A stretch of 64,000 nt of DNA from Candidatus Thalassarchaeaceae archaeon (GCA_030748775.1 JASMLH010000003.1:24281-88280); one strand, 5' to 3'; counted from the first letter of the stretch, positions 10,501 to 19,031 are shown. Translations and numbers: made by a program. Notes: generated by a model from the letters alone, not told the origin.

Positions 10501-13500
10501 CCCAATGGCCGGCGATTTCTTCAACATTACTGGAAATCTGGTTTCGAGCAACGGCAGCGCTCTAACCGACAGGAACGGAAACCCTCTGAATCCCACTCTC
10601 ACATTCACGATTGATGGAGAATCTGATACATTCATAGTTACCCAGGTATCATTTCTCGCAGATGGAACTTGGAATGCCGAGTTGAGACTAGACCTAACTT
10701 TCCCAAGAGGAGCTCATGCAATTAGCGTCGTTTTCACTCCCGAAGTAACCTACTTCACTTCCGCTTCGGGCCTGGCTGCCTTCGATAGCAGGGGGTACTC
10801 CCAACTATCAATTGTCAGCCCATCGGACCTAGACCCAGATAGCAGGACCATCAGAGGTGACTCATTCGAACTGAACCTAACAATAGTTGACAATGCCGGA
10901 GATCCAGTTCCATCAGCCACACTCGTTGTTGAGATTGACGGTACTACGGTGTGGGGGGGACTCTCAAACCTACAAGGTGAGGCATCAGCATCCATACTAG
11001 CAAGGCCCGACAGAGATCCAGGACCCATGCTCGTAACCGTATCCTTCTCAGGCATTAACGGCACGACAGGGCTGGTTGGTGACGAGACATGGACAAGAGT
11101 TGTGGTTCTTGCCCCCACTGAGATAACCATCATCGGAGTAACTCAGCCGTCAATAGCCGGAGAATCGATTACCTTCTCGGGTAAACTTGTAGACGAGTTG
11201 GGCCAGATTCTACAGGAGGACGACGTTAAATCAGGAGGACTGGTTCACCTATCGATCGATGGAGTAGACGTCGGTCCGACATTCACATCAGTCTCAAACT
11301 CCACAAATGGGCTATGGGAAATTTCCTATCCAATCCCCATGGACATGGATTACGGTGCACATTCCGCTACCTTCGACTTCCTAGGGGGATTCTCATGGGT
11401 GGACCCAATGGGACAGGGTGACTCAATAAATCCGGAGTATTATCTGGACTCCTCGATTTCTCTGACATTCAATGTCACCCAGACCTCTCAAGTCATTATC
11501 TCGACCCCACCTAGCGAGGTAGACAGAACCGATGTTGCCTTGGTTGAGGGTATTCTGACTGACGGAATCGGAAGATCGCTACCCAACAGGGAACTTTCTG
11601 TAACTGTCGACGGACAGATTCTAACAGTGATTGTTGCTGATATCAATGGGTCATTCACCGCCTTGATCCCTATTTCACCGGACATGCCTCTCGGCCCACT
11701 GATTATCAATGTAGGATTCTTAGGGGAACAATTCGTTCTGCCCTCAAATTCCTCAACCGTACTAACCGTTTTTGGACCAGTATTCGTAGAGCTCGGAGAT
11801 ATCGATCCGGTTGCAGTAGGTGATACTCTCAGAATCAGCGGAACCGCCAAGGACAACCTGGATGATGGATGGCTGGGCAACCACACAATCGAGGTTTTCG
11901 TGGACGGTATTCTCATGGGCATTTCCAGTACTGCAGACAACGGTTCCTGGGTTCTCCCATGGGTGGTTCCCGACACAGTTGACGTTGGAAATCACACACT
12001 CTCGGTGATATCGCCATCTCAGGGATTCCACAGGCAAGGAAGCACTGAAGCTACATTCACGGTGTCGTACCACACGTCAATTTCCCTCCAAATAGATGAG
12101 CACTATGCAACTAGGGGCGAGCAATGGAACTTCACAGGTAGGCTGTTCGAATCTGACACCGGTTTCGAGTTGGGCATGGATGGCAGAATGGTCTCAGTGA
12201 CCCTCGACGGCTTAACGATAGGGGAGGTCACCACCGAGGTCGGAGGTTTGTTCAGCTACTCTGTCAGCATACCATACTCGATGAGTAGGGGGGCGCATAA
12301 CGTCAGCTTCCAATACGAGGGAGAGTTCCTATACCTGTCATCGGAAACCAATATCACAGCTTTCGCCTTGTCTGACATCTCGATAGAGCTTCAGCCAATT
12401 ACCAACTCCATTATCAGAGGCAGCACTTTCCCCTCCGAGAACATAATGATCCAAGGATTGGTCAGGGAGATAGGCGGGGACTCCACGATTTTCGAGAACC
12501 TGACCCTGACACTAACATGGGGGGAATCTAACCTGCCCATGATAGAAGGCCCGTGGGACAATCCCAATACTCTAAATTTCCAGATCAGGGCAAAGGCCCA
12601 GGAATACATGCCTCCAGGGGAGAATGTGGTTACTATTACTATTGAACAGGATCAATCTAGATTCATCAATGGCGTATCCAAAGATGTCGAAATCCTGGTA
12701 ATGGTCGAGGTAGACTTCGTGCTATCTGAACTGGACCTCTCCCAGGGTCAGAGAGTAATCAGGGGGACCGTGAATGCCACTGCAAGGGATACGGGCGAGC
12801 CTCTGGAAGGGCTATCCATGACTGCCATTCTTCTTAATGGAAGCACATCTCACTTTGCCATGACAAGATTCACAGATTCTGAAGGTGTTTTCGAGTATGA
12901 GTTCAAGTCCCTATCACCCATGCCTCCATTGTCAGATACTTCTTCGTGGGGCGTCCTAAGCGTGCTCTTGGGTTCCGATTCCGACTACATAGATCCTGGG
13001 AGCCTATCCCTACTTCCACTAGACGGCGTTCAGATCCAATACGAGGCCGAGCAAAGCGGGTCAATCTTTGGTTCGCTAGCCTTCGTCGTAACCTTCGTTG
13101 TAGCTCTTGCTGCTGCTTTAGCCGTTGGATTCACAGTATTGTCGAGAAGGAAGAGGGCGGCGATAAAGGAGCTAGCAGGAATTTTCAGCCAGACCGCAGA
13201 GATGCTAGCTTCGGGGGACGAGTATAGGAAGGCAATATTCGAGTGCTACGAGAGCCTTTGCTCGGTATTGACCAGGCGTGGCTTCCTCAGGAGGAACTTC
13301 GAGACCGTGAGAGAGTTCGAGAACGCCATACGAATCGCGCTCCCTATTCGCGAGGAGTCCCTGGTGGCCCTAGACAGGATATTCGAGGAGGCCAGGTACT
13401 CCAGTCACGTAATGGGGGACTCCCACAGGGAGAACGCACAGCTTGCTCTCTCCTCTGTCATCCAAGACATTGAGGAACTCCAAGAGATTCCTGTTCGGGC

Positions 13501-13522
13501 CGTGCAAGACGTCGAGGCCTAG
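4583..13522 (+). CDS. Giant (~2980 aa) surface protein: DxDxDG Ca-binding repeats, transglutaminase-like domain, Ig-like repeats, TM, DUF4129-like C-terminal domain
   Basis: Many DSDGDG(L/M)PDGWE-type repeats in the first ~760 aa; YWRWHTYDYYTG (TgpA-N-like); GSCDEFASLFAVMLRMAGMPTRKVTGF..TWVEV..GWVPFE core; TM near the end, then AIFECYESL..RRNFETVREF..LDRIFEEARYS (DUF4129-like). ATG 4583 preferred. Confidence 0.8.
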   Translation: MLFSSGNYQSLDISSKRRSAFAFTFFLMMSSHAAMQFGIWEAKATTDQDGDGLPYGIEFLINTQPQDWDSDNDGLPDGWEWQYGLDPLSASGDNGSTGDPDSDGLTNLNEYLYGIPIGWDEPSTTNVLDNGVWWNGTVPVRNWDEESAMQVIQGTGTDGADEDPVGNICTDSFDNDHDGMVDSNDGDNDGDADCSSDDDDGDGLIDEDPNGWDTDGDGMPDGWEAANGLDPTSNSNQDGTFGDPDSDGLVNIYEYVNPAWGTRNGSTFPPTQYFRPGPINMTITESPCNPILSLGPGGCQIFTAEVDGITQTDPFNNDTDGDGLNDSLEALVILTDPTSPDTDSDGVWDGVEYNGSYGDPAQGSDPRNNNTDGDHLDDGEEDLNGNGVIDENETDPTRVNDEGDFDGDGIQNWQENLTCTLWNVSDTDGGGVSDGDEKIPWHGTDPCTSRSELEFTIVEWDESTAALELNSTTNLNPNPVDWRNMGPLAYYESPNGSRTPFSFTSIDVNLLRGVDTPLPDGVSSVVFTNGSWCWNATSGAINDPHCDDDYFDSDGDGLADWEETFGIWGYVSLANLADSDGDGVDDLSEIQNDTDPLEPCHNLLDSDEDGLNNYFENTTGCAIRFGVQGGNLTFDIWQTLWNQADSDNGGVDDGQEYIDGTNPQDNPDDDIDPLDTDGDGIPDSVELEIGTDWRDPDTDGGGVPDGEECPPEFWLLDCIGAPSNPFDPTDDLDENALMFTAANTTAGMDPGITHYWRWHTYDYYTGVSWGVNSTLVGYTPIVDDWSTDQGVADQTFWNHSSPLSWEINFDDAGFISPGRELIQPYNVQNFTTWVDFSAGLNFSNYTRDVLVDSSTIESLYVNAPEVILSAEVRENTTAFSGATYGLDLPSDFLGSLEGQGVSTVTQEVLNQSGALSAWDKISAIQDFLINGNETITFLRNYDGSGRLDGLGSDSDVSYWMLNSSHEGSCDEFASLFAVMLRMAGMPTRKVTGFSGGSWDGKALSVYGKDFTTWVEVHLQTNQNQGDLDVGWVPFEACPEMSSVEVFDEKWGPTSVERNTTISETIWLEGTLVFSGNSTAVDNITLSMYLVAPEDSENIPGSSAISEHLVATTVTDQNGSFNLTGLPPSVIRPGFASLVIQTSQKAYVGTQGITFPWQLNVTDDVSISISEPTPINAPMLGIGVNSTIIGQISWASSPNLDPSLVDDLEVILNYSSAVDGEVSLTSSVSGGGYYEFTVPIDETEPLGPINASISFDGWHSIDLNNATPPAYHARPGSLDLEFNITLSPNLTVSLESQGTNNTVLEIGSNIFLNGTVLSRGESPSTLNGTLILEMRRSDISGPYLQLASWYLNDTSWGPSDGEFSVSWPFSPEDVPIPAGIVDVRIQFDADNLNANDQKQFVDGEFGIRSIIQFTYSLSPEPRGIEANVEVLLTDHTGLSFASFEGDYNLDFDGEWAWNETDPSSPKLGVSWTPEVDMDPGDYSWVLTYNGSTWMAPNSTSDTVRIQGLANATATFGTDWTPRGGTNWISGSARDIVLNTPVTGNNSSVTVLLQVPSDLPATPDGFPAGPDSYTVASGWIDPSSGTYNLTFGIPSGITSGVYQVLVRLDFNSNPPQGGSYYKTNDPTSTLTGVQSEFVVDTEPNAVILVAGEQLILSTVVTDVEDPSEFIGGVSLDLYFDWGGPQEQILQSTTTGPSGEAEFNPIIPSSVAPGFYDVRVHAPDDLVDNLSSSNAGRWLGNESITNLTVQVGSLVDIVSIPTQVTALQYFTIEGTVLDSVDSNRSVDGPVGINVFFLDEPAELLIENHTTNSNGSFNVSVPTDTLGNGVIRGDRTVVVSVVNGSTPFYLTGTGDASILVLGVPWFQDSTPFINTIIDRGETATMTARLVEFSNNDAPLSGFTVLARFHDTWLDPQVTAADGSVSFDFQVPHDHPLGLVNVTFLFNGSSDLHPTIDILNTITVRSTSSMFIDPISENPMAGDFFNITGNLVSSNGSALTDRNGNPLNPTLTFTIDGESDTFIVTQVSFLADGTWNAELRLDLTFPRGAHAISVVFTPEVTYFTSASGLAAFDSRGYSQLSIVSPSDLDPDSRTIRGDSFELNLTIVDNAGDPVPSATLVVEIDGTTVWGGLSNLQGEASASILARPDRDPGPMLVTVSFSGINGTTGLVGDETWTRVVVLAPTEITIIGVTQPSIAGESITFSGKLVDELGQILQEDDVKSGGLVHLSIDGVDVGPTFTSVSNSTNGLWEISYPIPMDMDYGAHSATFDFLGGFSWVDPMGQGDSINPEYYLDSSISLTFNVTQTSQVIISTPPSEVDRTDVALVEGILTDGIGRSLPNRELSVTVDGQILTVIVADINGSFTALIPISPDMPLGPLIINVGFLGEQFVLPSNSSTVLTVFGPVFVELGDIDPVAVGDTLRISGTAKDNLDDGWLGNHTIEVFVDGILMGISSTADNGSWVLPWVVPDTVDVGNHTLSVISPSQGFHRQGSTEATFTVSYHTSISLQIDEHYATRGEQWNFTGRLFESDTGFELGMDGRMVSVTLDGLTIGEVTTEVGGLFSYSVSIPYSMSRGAHNVSFQYEGEFLYLSSETNITAFALSDISIELQPITNSIIRGSTFPSENIMIQGLVREIGGDSTIFENLTLTLTWGESNLPMIEGPWDNPNTLNFQIRAKAQEYMPPGENVVTITIEQDQSRFINGVSKDVEILVMVEVDFVLSELDLSQGQRVIRGTVNATARDTGEPLEGLSMTAILLNGSTSHFAMTRFTDSEGVFEYEFKSLSPMPPLSDTSSWGVLSVLLGSDSDYIDPGSLSLLPLDGVQIQYEAEQSGSIFGSLAFVVTFVVALAAALAVGFTVLSRRKRAAIKELAGIFSQTAEMLASGDEYRKAIFECYESLCSVLTRRGFLRRNFETVREFENAIRIALPIREESLVALDRIFEEARYSSHVMGDSHRENAQLALSSVIQDIEELQEIPVRAVQDVEA

Positions 13523-13981
13523 TTAATCCTCGATTTTCATAGTGAGGAACTCGCCTTCCCATCGAACGTCCGAAAGACTACTCCCCTTTGGCAGTACGAA
13601 GGTCCTCATTATTCCACCGAACCTCTCAGGGGAAATCAGGCGAACCAAACCCACTCCTTCCTCATTCTTGGTTTCTACGACAACCTCCCGACTCGTCTTT
13701 CCCTGAAATGGGATCCTGATTTCCGAATCCACCCACTCTCCTCCGAATTCAGACAGCAATTCGCCAAGTGTGGAAAAATGTGCACCCAAGTCACTAGGAT
13801 GCATTTCTGAAACTAATTCCGTATGTCTTTCACGGGCTTCTGACAGGTGGGAAAAATCTCCGAGGAAGGACTTGTGCAAATCATCTGCATGGTCATCAAG
13901 GCCAATTTTCAAGTCACCAAAGCCAAGATAGTCAACTAGTGAGTCATCGCTTGGTTGAACGCTAACTCTGGTCCACTCCAT
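13523..13981 (-). CDS. Hypothetical protein with a C-terminal Hsp20/alpha-crystallin-like segment
   Basis: RFGGIMRTFVLPKGSSLSDVRWEGEFLTMKI resembles the end of the alpha-crystallin domain (R.F.LP...A....G.L.I). Confidence 0.5.
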   Translation of the reverse strand: MEWTRVSVQPSDDSLVDYLGFGDLKIGLDDHADDLHKSFLGDFSHLSEARERHTELVSEMHPSDLGAHFSTLGELLSEFGGEWVDSEIRIPFQGKTSREVVVETKNEEGVGLVRLISPERFGGIMRTFVLPKGSSLSDVRWEGEFLTMKIED

Positions 13982-14018
13982 GAAAACCCCAACTATTCAA
14001 CCCGCATGAACCCATTGC

Positions 14019-16028
14019 TCAATTCATCTCAAAGAACCTCTTTACCCTCTCAGACGTTCTATGTGGTCCCGAGGTCTGGATTGTCTGCATACTCTTTGGA
14101 AAACAATCGGCAACTCTTTTCTCAAGAAGCCTGCTCTCAAGTAGTACCACAATTGCTCTGTCTTCTTTCTTCCTTATCGGTCTCCCAAGAGCCTGTAGTA
14201 CGCTATTTACAGCCGGTTGAAGACTTGCATACTTCCATGCCTTTGACCTTCCAAACCTACCAGAGTAGTACTCCAGAAGGGCATCCTGTCTAGCGCTGGG
14301 TGGAGGAAGTGGTAAGCCAACACAAACAACTGCGTTCAGGATATTCTCAGTATAATCAATCCCTTCGGATAATTTTCCACTTAGGACTCCGAATAGTACT
14401 GTTTCGCGACCCATGTGCCTCCTCTCATACATAGATGCGATCATCCTCTCAATCTCCCTTTTTGTCATCCTCCTACTCTCACTTTCAATTATTTTACCAA
14501 AGGTCCAATCTGATGCATCATTGAGCACCCTCTCCATCATTGCATAACTCGGGGAAAACACTGCCACATTCCCTTTCGTCCCCTCAAGTACGCCTCTTAT
14601 GTGGTCTCTAATAGAGGGAAAACTCCTCTCCCTCTCGGTATACTTGCTAGTCACGTCTCCTGCGATTAGAATAGGCCTGTTTTCAGGAGGGAAGTTCGAA
14701 AGGTACTCTTTGCAGGAAGAGTTTTCTTCCGGAATGCCTAGAATCTCAGAGTACATGGTTGGTGGGAATAGTGTTCCTGACATTAGTATTGAACCTGCAC
14801 ACTCGTTGAAGATGGGTCCACCCACAACACTTGGGTCAAGCAAGTGACTCGTCACCCTCGGCTCATCGAGATCGTTGTCGAAAACCAATGCGAGAGCAGT
14901 GCTATCCCTATATTTGATGCAAATATCCAGGATTTCTGCTAGCCTAGTGCAGTCATTCTGCTCATCCTCATCTAAGTCTTCGTCTTCCTCAATAATTACC
15001 GAAAGAAGACGAGAATTCATCATCCTGATTCTACCAATCCAATCTGAAGACCCATCTTCATCTATGGATTCTATTGCACTTGCAACCAATCCAAGGAATT
15101 CCCCAGTATCTATTCTTATATCATCGCCCTTAGAATTTCTGTTTTCAGCCGTCTTCCTTTCGAACCATCTTCGTAAATTCCCATCATCCCTCAGGGACTT
15201 AATCTGCTTCTCAAGCAAAACAGCATCTTCCAAACTATTAGACATAGGCAAGTCGAGTTGCCGCTCACTCCTCTGTAGGTTTTCCTTGTACTCTTCAACA
15301 TCTGATAGGGCCCGTTGAAAAATCCTCTCCGTAATCCTCCTCTCCAAGCCACTCCTGATTCTATCCGGCAGATTATGCGCCTCATCAACGATTAGAATCG
15401 TGTTCTCCAGTTCTATTCCCATTACTGGTAACGAACTATCTCTGACAGATTCCACGAATACGTGATTGTAGTCACAAACAAGGATTTGCGCATCCCTTAC
15501 TGATGATCTCGCTGTCGCCCAAGCACAAATCTTCCTGGCCCTGCCTTCCTTTACTGTCTGTTCAACGTGTTTGGGAGAAGACAATATGAATTCGCATAGA
15601 TCCGCTCTCCTAGACTTTCTTGCCGATTCTGCAACATCTTCCTCACATCCGCATTTCCCAGTTGATTTGTCAATCACCTCGCACATACCTTCCCTGCCGA
15701 TAATGTCCACTAGTCGAATCTTTGGAAGACCAGTTGGGAGCTTTGAGTTAATTTGCTTGACTGTTTCAACAACAATCCTGTGCTGAGCCTGCCTCCCGGT
15801 GAGGAAAACAATCTTCGGAACCGTTGGGTTCGTGTTGTAGAAGTTGGTAACTTCTAGTGCGGATGCCAATGCTGCAGCCGTTTTCCCGATTCCCGTTGGG
15901 GCTGCTGCTAGTAGAAATCCTCCTTCTCTGAGTGAAATAATCCCATCAGATAGCATTTCACTCTGCGACTGCCTCGGCACATCATGCGCGAAGAACTGTC
16001 GCGCTTCCACTATGCTTTCGCCGGTCAT
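14019..16028 (-). CDS. xpd: XPD/Rad3-family Fe-S ATP-dependent DNA helicase
   Basis: APTGIGKT (motif I), Cys cluster (GMC..KCGC..LC..KIC), CDYNHVF, IVDEAHN (motif II), MSGTL, LSEGID, QALGRPIR (motif VI). ATG 16028 preferred over TTG 16079. Confidence 0.88.
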   Translation of the reverse strand: MTGESIVEARQFFAHDVPRQSQSEMLSDGIISLREGGFLLAAAPTGIGKTAAALASALEVTNFYNTNPTVPKIVFLTGRQAQHRIVVETVKQINSKLPTGLPKIRLVDIIGREGMCEVIDKSTGKCGCEEDVAESARKSRRADLCEFILSSPKHVEQTVKEGRARKICAWATARSSVRDAQILVCDYNHVFVESVRDSSLPVMGIELENTILIVDEAHNLPDRIRSGLERRITERIFQRALSDVEEYKENLQRSERQLDLPMSNSLEDAVLLEKQIKSLRDDGNLRRWFERKTAENRNSKGDDIRIDTGEFLGLVASAIESIDEDGSSDWIGRIRMMNSRLLSVIIEEDEDLDEDEQNDCTRLAEILDICIKYRDSTALALVFDNDLDEPRVTSHLLDPSVVGGPIFNECAGSILMSGTLFPPTMYSEILGIPEENSSCKEYLSNFPPENRPILIAGDVTSKYTERERSFPSIRDHIRGVLEGTKGNVAVFSPSYAMMERVLNDASDWTFGKIIESESRRMTKREIERMIASMYERRHMGRETVLFGVLSGKLSEGIDYTENILNAVVCVGLPLPPPSARQDALLEYYSGRFGRSKAWKYASLQPAVNSVLQALGRPIRKKEDRAIVVLLESRLLEKRVADCFPKSMQTIQTSGPHRTSERVKRFFEMN

Positions 16029-16068
16029 GGAGTCTGCCCTGCAAATAGAACGACCAAGAAGATTGGCA

Positions 16069-18981
16069 TCATCGAACAATGATTGCCTCAGAGTCTCTAC
16101 TATCTAGGACGACCCTCAGAGGGTCCTCCAACCTCACATGCCTTAATCCCATTTCTTCGGTCTCCGAATTGATTGAATCGAGCCACTCCCAGTCTACCAT
16201 GTCATCACTCATTATTGTCAGGTATCCTATGTTGAAAGTCACGATGTTCTGGAAGAAGTGTGTACCCTGTGAAGGATCTACGTGTATATCGGCCATGGGA
16301 GCTTCAACAATTGTCTTAGCCCCCATAATCTGATTCCACTGCACGGGAATTCCGAGAGAGGGATCCGACGAGCCCCATCTTCCGGGGCCAATCAGAACGT
16401 ATGGTCTACCCTCTTCCCTAAGCCTTGCATCAATCTCCTCGATTAGGGGGACTAGGTCAAAGGTCCTCATTCTGTTCATGCGGTCAGGGTGTACGTATAT
16501 CACATCACAAATTCCCTCAATCACTCCGTTGCCTAGTGACTTGCTGCTGATGCACACTGCTCCCTCCCTATCGACCTCGTCCAGTTTGATGTCTATGTCT
16601 ACCGACTCGTCCATCAGGGGCCTGACTTGCAGAATGGCGAACTTCTTCACCCCCCTTGCATCATCAACTTCTATGGCGAACTCGAGTTCAATGGGAGAGG
16701 CTAGGAAATCCTCGCAAGTCTTCAGGACATGGTCCAGAATTTGAGCAAGTGGGAACTTGTCGTGCTTCAGAACTGGCGCGAAGGTCACCAATCTTGAACC
16801 ACCTGCACGCCTGATGGAATCAACGATACGGTCATCAGAGGAAACATAAGTTGAACCTACAAGGGACAGTCTGCCGTCTTCTTCAGCATCTGCTAGACTC
16901 AAGTGGAGCAGATTCTCCTCTTCCGATGGCCTAACGTCTCCTTCGTCCATATCCATTGGAATTGCGAAGAACCTGCTTTGCGAGGTTTCTATGATCGAAT
17001 CTGTGCTATGGAACTGATGGATCCTCTTTGGCTGACCCGGGCTGAACCTCAGGCACTTGCCTCCTGTCGAAACCTGCCTTCCAAGTCCAATGCAAACTGC
17101 GGCTAATCCATCTTCCATCTTCAACGGGTCTACTGGGTAATGGTTCCTGCTCCTTGCTGCTCCAGAAATATCGGGGTAGAACCTTCCATTTGCTTCTCTT
17201 CCAACTACCTCTTGAATGACCACTGCCATACGCTCGTCTTCAATGTTGTTTGCCGTCGCTGTAACGTATGCCTTTGCACTGCTGTGAAAAATTGATGCGT
17301 AAACTAGTTTGATCGCTTGGAGCAGCCTTTTCAGCCTAACATCCAATTCTGGATGGTCATTGCCAATCATGTATGTTGCATAAACGCCGGCGAATGGCTG
17401 GTGGCTTGAGTCTTCCAATAGGCTAGATGAACGGACCGCTATCGGCCATTGTGTCTTGTTCAGCATATCCCTAATCTCCCCAATCTCTTCTTCTCCGAAG
17501 GAACCTCGAAGGAATGCCTCGTTGACCTCTTCGTCGCTCCTGTCCTCGTATGCAAACCTCGATAATTCATTTCGGGAAATGAAATCCCCGAAAATACCTG
17601 TTCCAATTACCACTGAGTTCGGAACTACGAATTCGACCTCAGGAAAAGAATCACCCAACCTCAATTCTTCCATCCTGGTGTAGAAGAAAGCCAGTCCTCG
17701 ACCCTTCCCACCCAGGCTACCTCTGCCTATTCTCTGGAACCCAGATTTTTCGCTCCCCGATGCATGGTCACGGATTGTCTGCCTGCTCACTCTGGAAATG
17801 TGAGACCTGATTGAACCCGAAACATATTTCCTCACTCCCTCCGAATCATCGAAGTCATCAAGCGTCATAGGCCTGATAGAAGCTGCCAGAGAAAACTCTG
17901 TCCTCGCCCTAAGCCAGTGTGAGAACTCGTTCCTTTTTGCATGGAATTCTATGGTCTCAATCGGTACATCGTCAACCAAGTCTGCAAGATTCTCCAGGTT
18001 CGATGCTCTACATATCTCACTTCCCTCTGGTGTCCTGAAGATAAAATCCCCGAAACTCATCTCCTCAAGCATGAACTCCTCAATCCTCTGGTAGAGAAGC
18101 GGATCTTCCTTATGCAGGAAAGGAATTCCCAATGCCTCCGCTTCTTCCTTGAGCTCGATATTCTTTGACTGGAGAAGAATAGGCAGATATCTATGCCCGC
18201 TTTGTGCATATTTTACCAACTCCAGTCCAGCAACGTCCCTCTCGCCAGATTGATTTGGGAATCTACCATCGGTGAAAACTCCAATGATATTCCTAGAGTA
18301 CTTGTCGATAATCTCCTTGGCCGAGTCCATATCGGATGCAAGTAGAATCTTAGCCCTAGCTCTAAGTCTTAGCAGCTTCTCATGCAGATTCCCTCCGTCA
18401 CCGATCAGTCTACTGGTCTGTCTGACTAGTTGAGTATAGAGTAGAGGGAGATATGCCGAGTAGAATCTACGACTGTCTTCTACAAGGAGAATAACTTGAA
18501 CGTCACCGTCCCTAACATCATTCTCGACGTTTTTCTCGTCTTCTATCAACTTGCATATCGAAAGCAATATCCTACTATCTCCTCCCCAGACGAAAATCCT
18601 GTCTATTCCATCTCCCGTCTTGAGAGTAGCCAACTCTCGGGTATTTTGACTAAGCAATACCACCGGGATGTCTTCATGAATGCCTTTTACCGTATTAGCG
18701 AAAGTATTCGCATCCATCGTTCCCACCTTTGACATTGTGATGATTAAGTCAAATTTCCTAGTATTCAGAAGGCTCATGGCATCCTCTGCATCAGGGCTAT
18801 GAATAATCCTAGGAGCTTGAGATAGGTTCAGAATCGAGTATTCCTCCTGGAGGATCTCTGCAAGATAACCCGACTCTTCGAGAATATATCGATCGAATTG
18901 ACTAGCAACCAGTAGAACCTCCCTTATGCGGTAAGGCGTCAGGCGCTCGAACTTGTTCCAGTCTGAGATACTCCCGTCCAT
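16069..18981 (-). CDS. Tandem receiver-like domains + PEP/pyruvate-binding (PPDK_N ATP-grasp) domain + C-terminal His-containing domain
   Basis: Receiver-like VLLVASQFD..FDLIITM and ILLVEDS..GVFTDG..LPILLQS; ATP-grasp motifs GSLGGKGRGL, AVRSSSLLEDS..PFAGVY, MAVVIQEVVG, IELEFA, ILQVRP; C-terminal GPGRWGSSDP..GIPV..PSQGTHFF. Confidence 0.85.
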   Translation of the reverse strand: MDGSISDWNKFERLTPYRIREVLLVASQFDRYILEESGYLAEILQEEYSILNLSQAPRIIHSPDAEDAMSLLNTRKFDLIITMSKVGTMDANTFANTVKGIHEDIPVVLLSQNTRELATLKTGDGIDRIFVWGGDSRILLSICKLIEDEKNVENDVRDGDVQVILLVEDSRRFYSAYLPLLYTQLVRQTSRLIGDGGNLHEKLLRLRARAKILLASDMDSAKEIIDKYSRNIIGVFTDGRFPNQSGERDVAGLELVKYAQSGHRYLPILLQSKNIELKEEAEALGIPFLHKEDPLLYQRIEEFMLEEMSFGDFIFRTPEGSEICRASNLENLADLVDDVPIETIEFHAKRNEFSHWLRARTEFSLAASIRPMTLDDFDDSEGVRKYVSGSIRSHISRVSRQTIRDHASGSEKSGFQRIGRGSLGGKGRGLAFFYTRMEELRLGDSFPEVEFVVPNSVVIGTGIFGDFISRNELSRFAYEDRSDEEVNEAFLRGSFGEEEIGEIRDMLNKTQWPIAVRSSSLLEDSSHQPFAGVYATYMIGNDHPELDVRLKRLLQAIKLVYASIFHSSAKAYVTATANNIEDERMAVVIQEVVGREANGRFYPDISGAARSRNHYPVDPLKMEDGLAAVCIGLGRQVSTGGKCLRFSPGQPKRIHQFHSTDSIIETSQSRFFAIPMDMDEGDVRPSEEENLLHLSLADAEEDGRLSLVGSTYVSSDDRIVDSIRRAGGSRLVTFAPVLKHDKFPLAQILDHVLKTCEDFLASPIELEFAIEVDDARGVKKFAILQVRPLMDESVDIDIKLDEVDREGAVCISSKSLGNGVIEGICDVIYVHPDRMNRMRTFDLVPLIEEIDARLREEGRPYVLIGPGRWGSSDPSLGIPVQWNQIMGAKTIVEAPMADIHVDPSQGTHFFQNIVTFNIGYLTIMSDDMVDWEWLDSINSETEEMGLRHVRLEDPLRVVLDSRDSEAIIVR

Positions 18982-19031
18982 GTGTCATGTCTCCGTGAGC
19001 GGCATCGCATTTCAGAAGACCGGAGGGTTGC

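Noticed and set aside
16069-18981. Annotation as PEP synthase (ppsA) or PPDK
   Set aside because: No C-terminal PEP/pyruvate-binding barrel and no canonical GGxTSHAA motif; N-terminal receivers are present instead.
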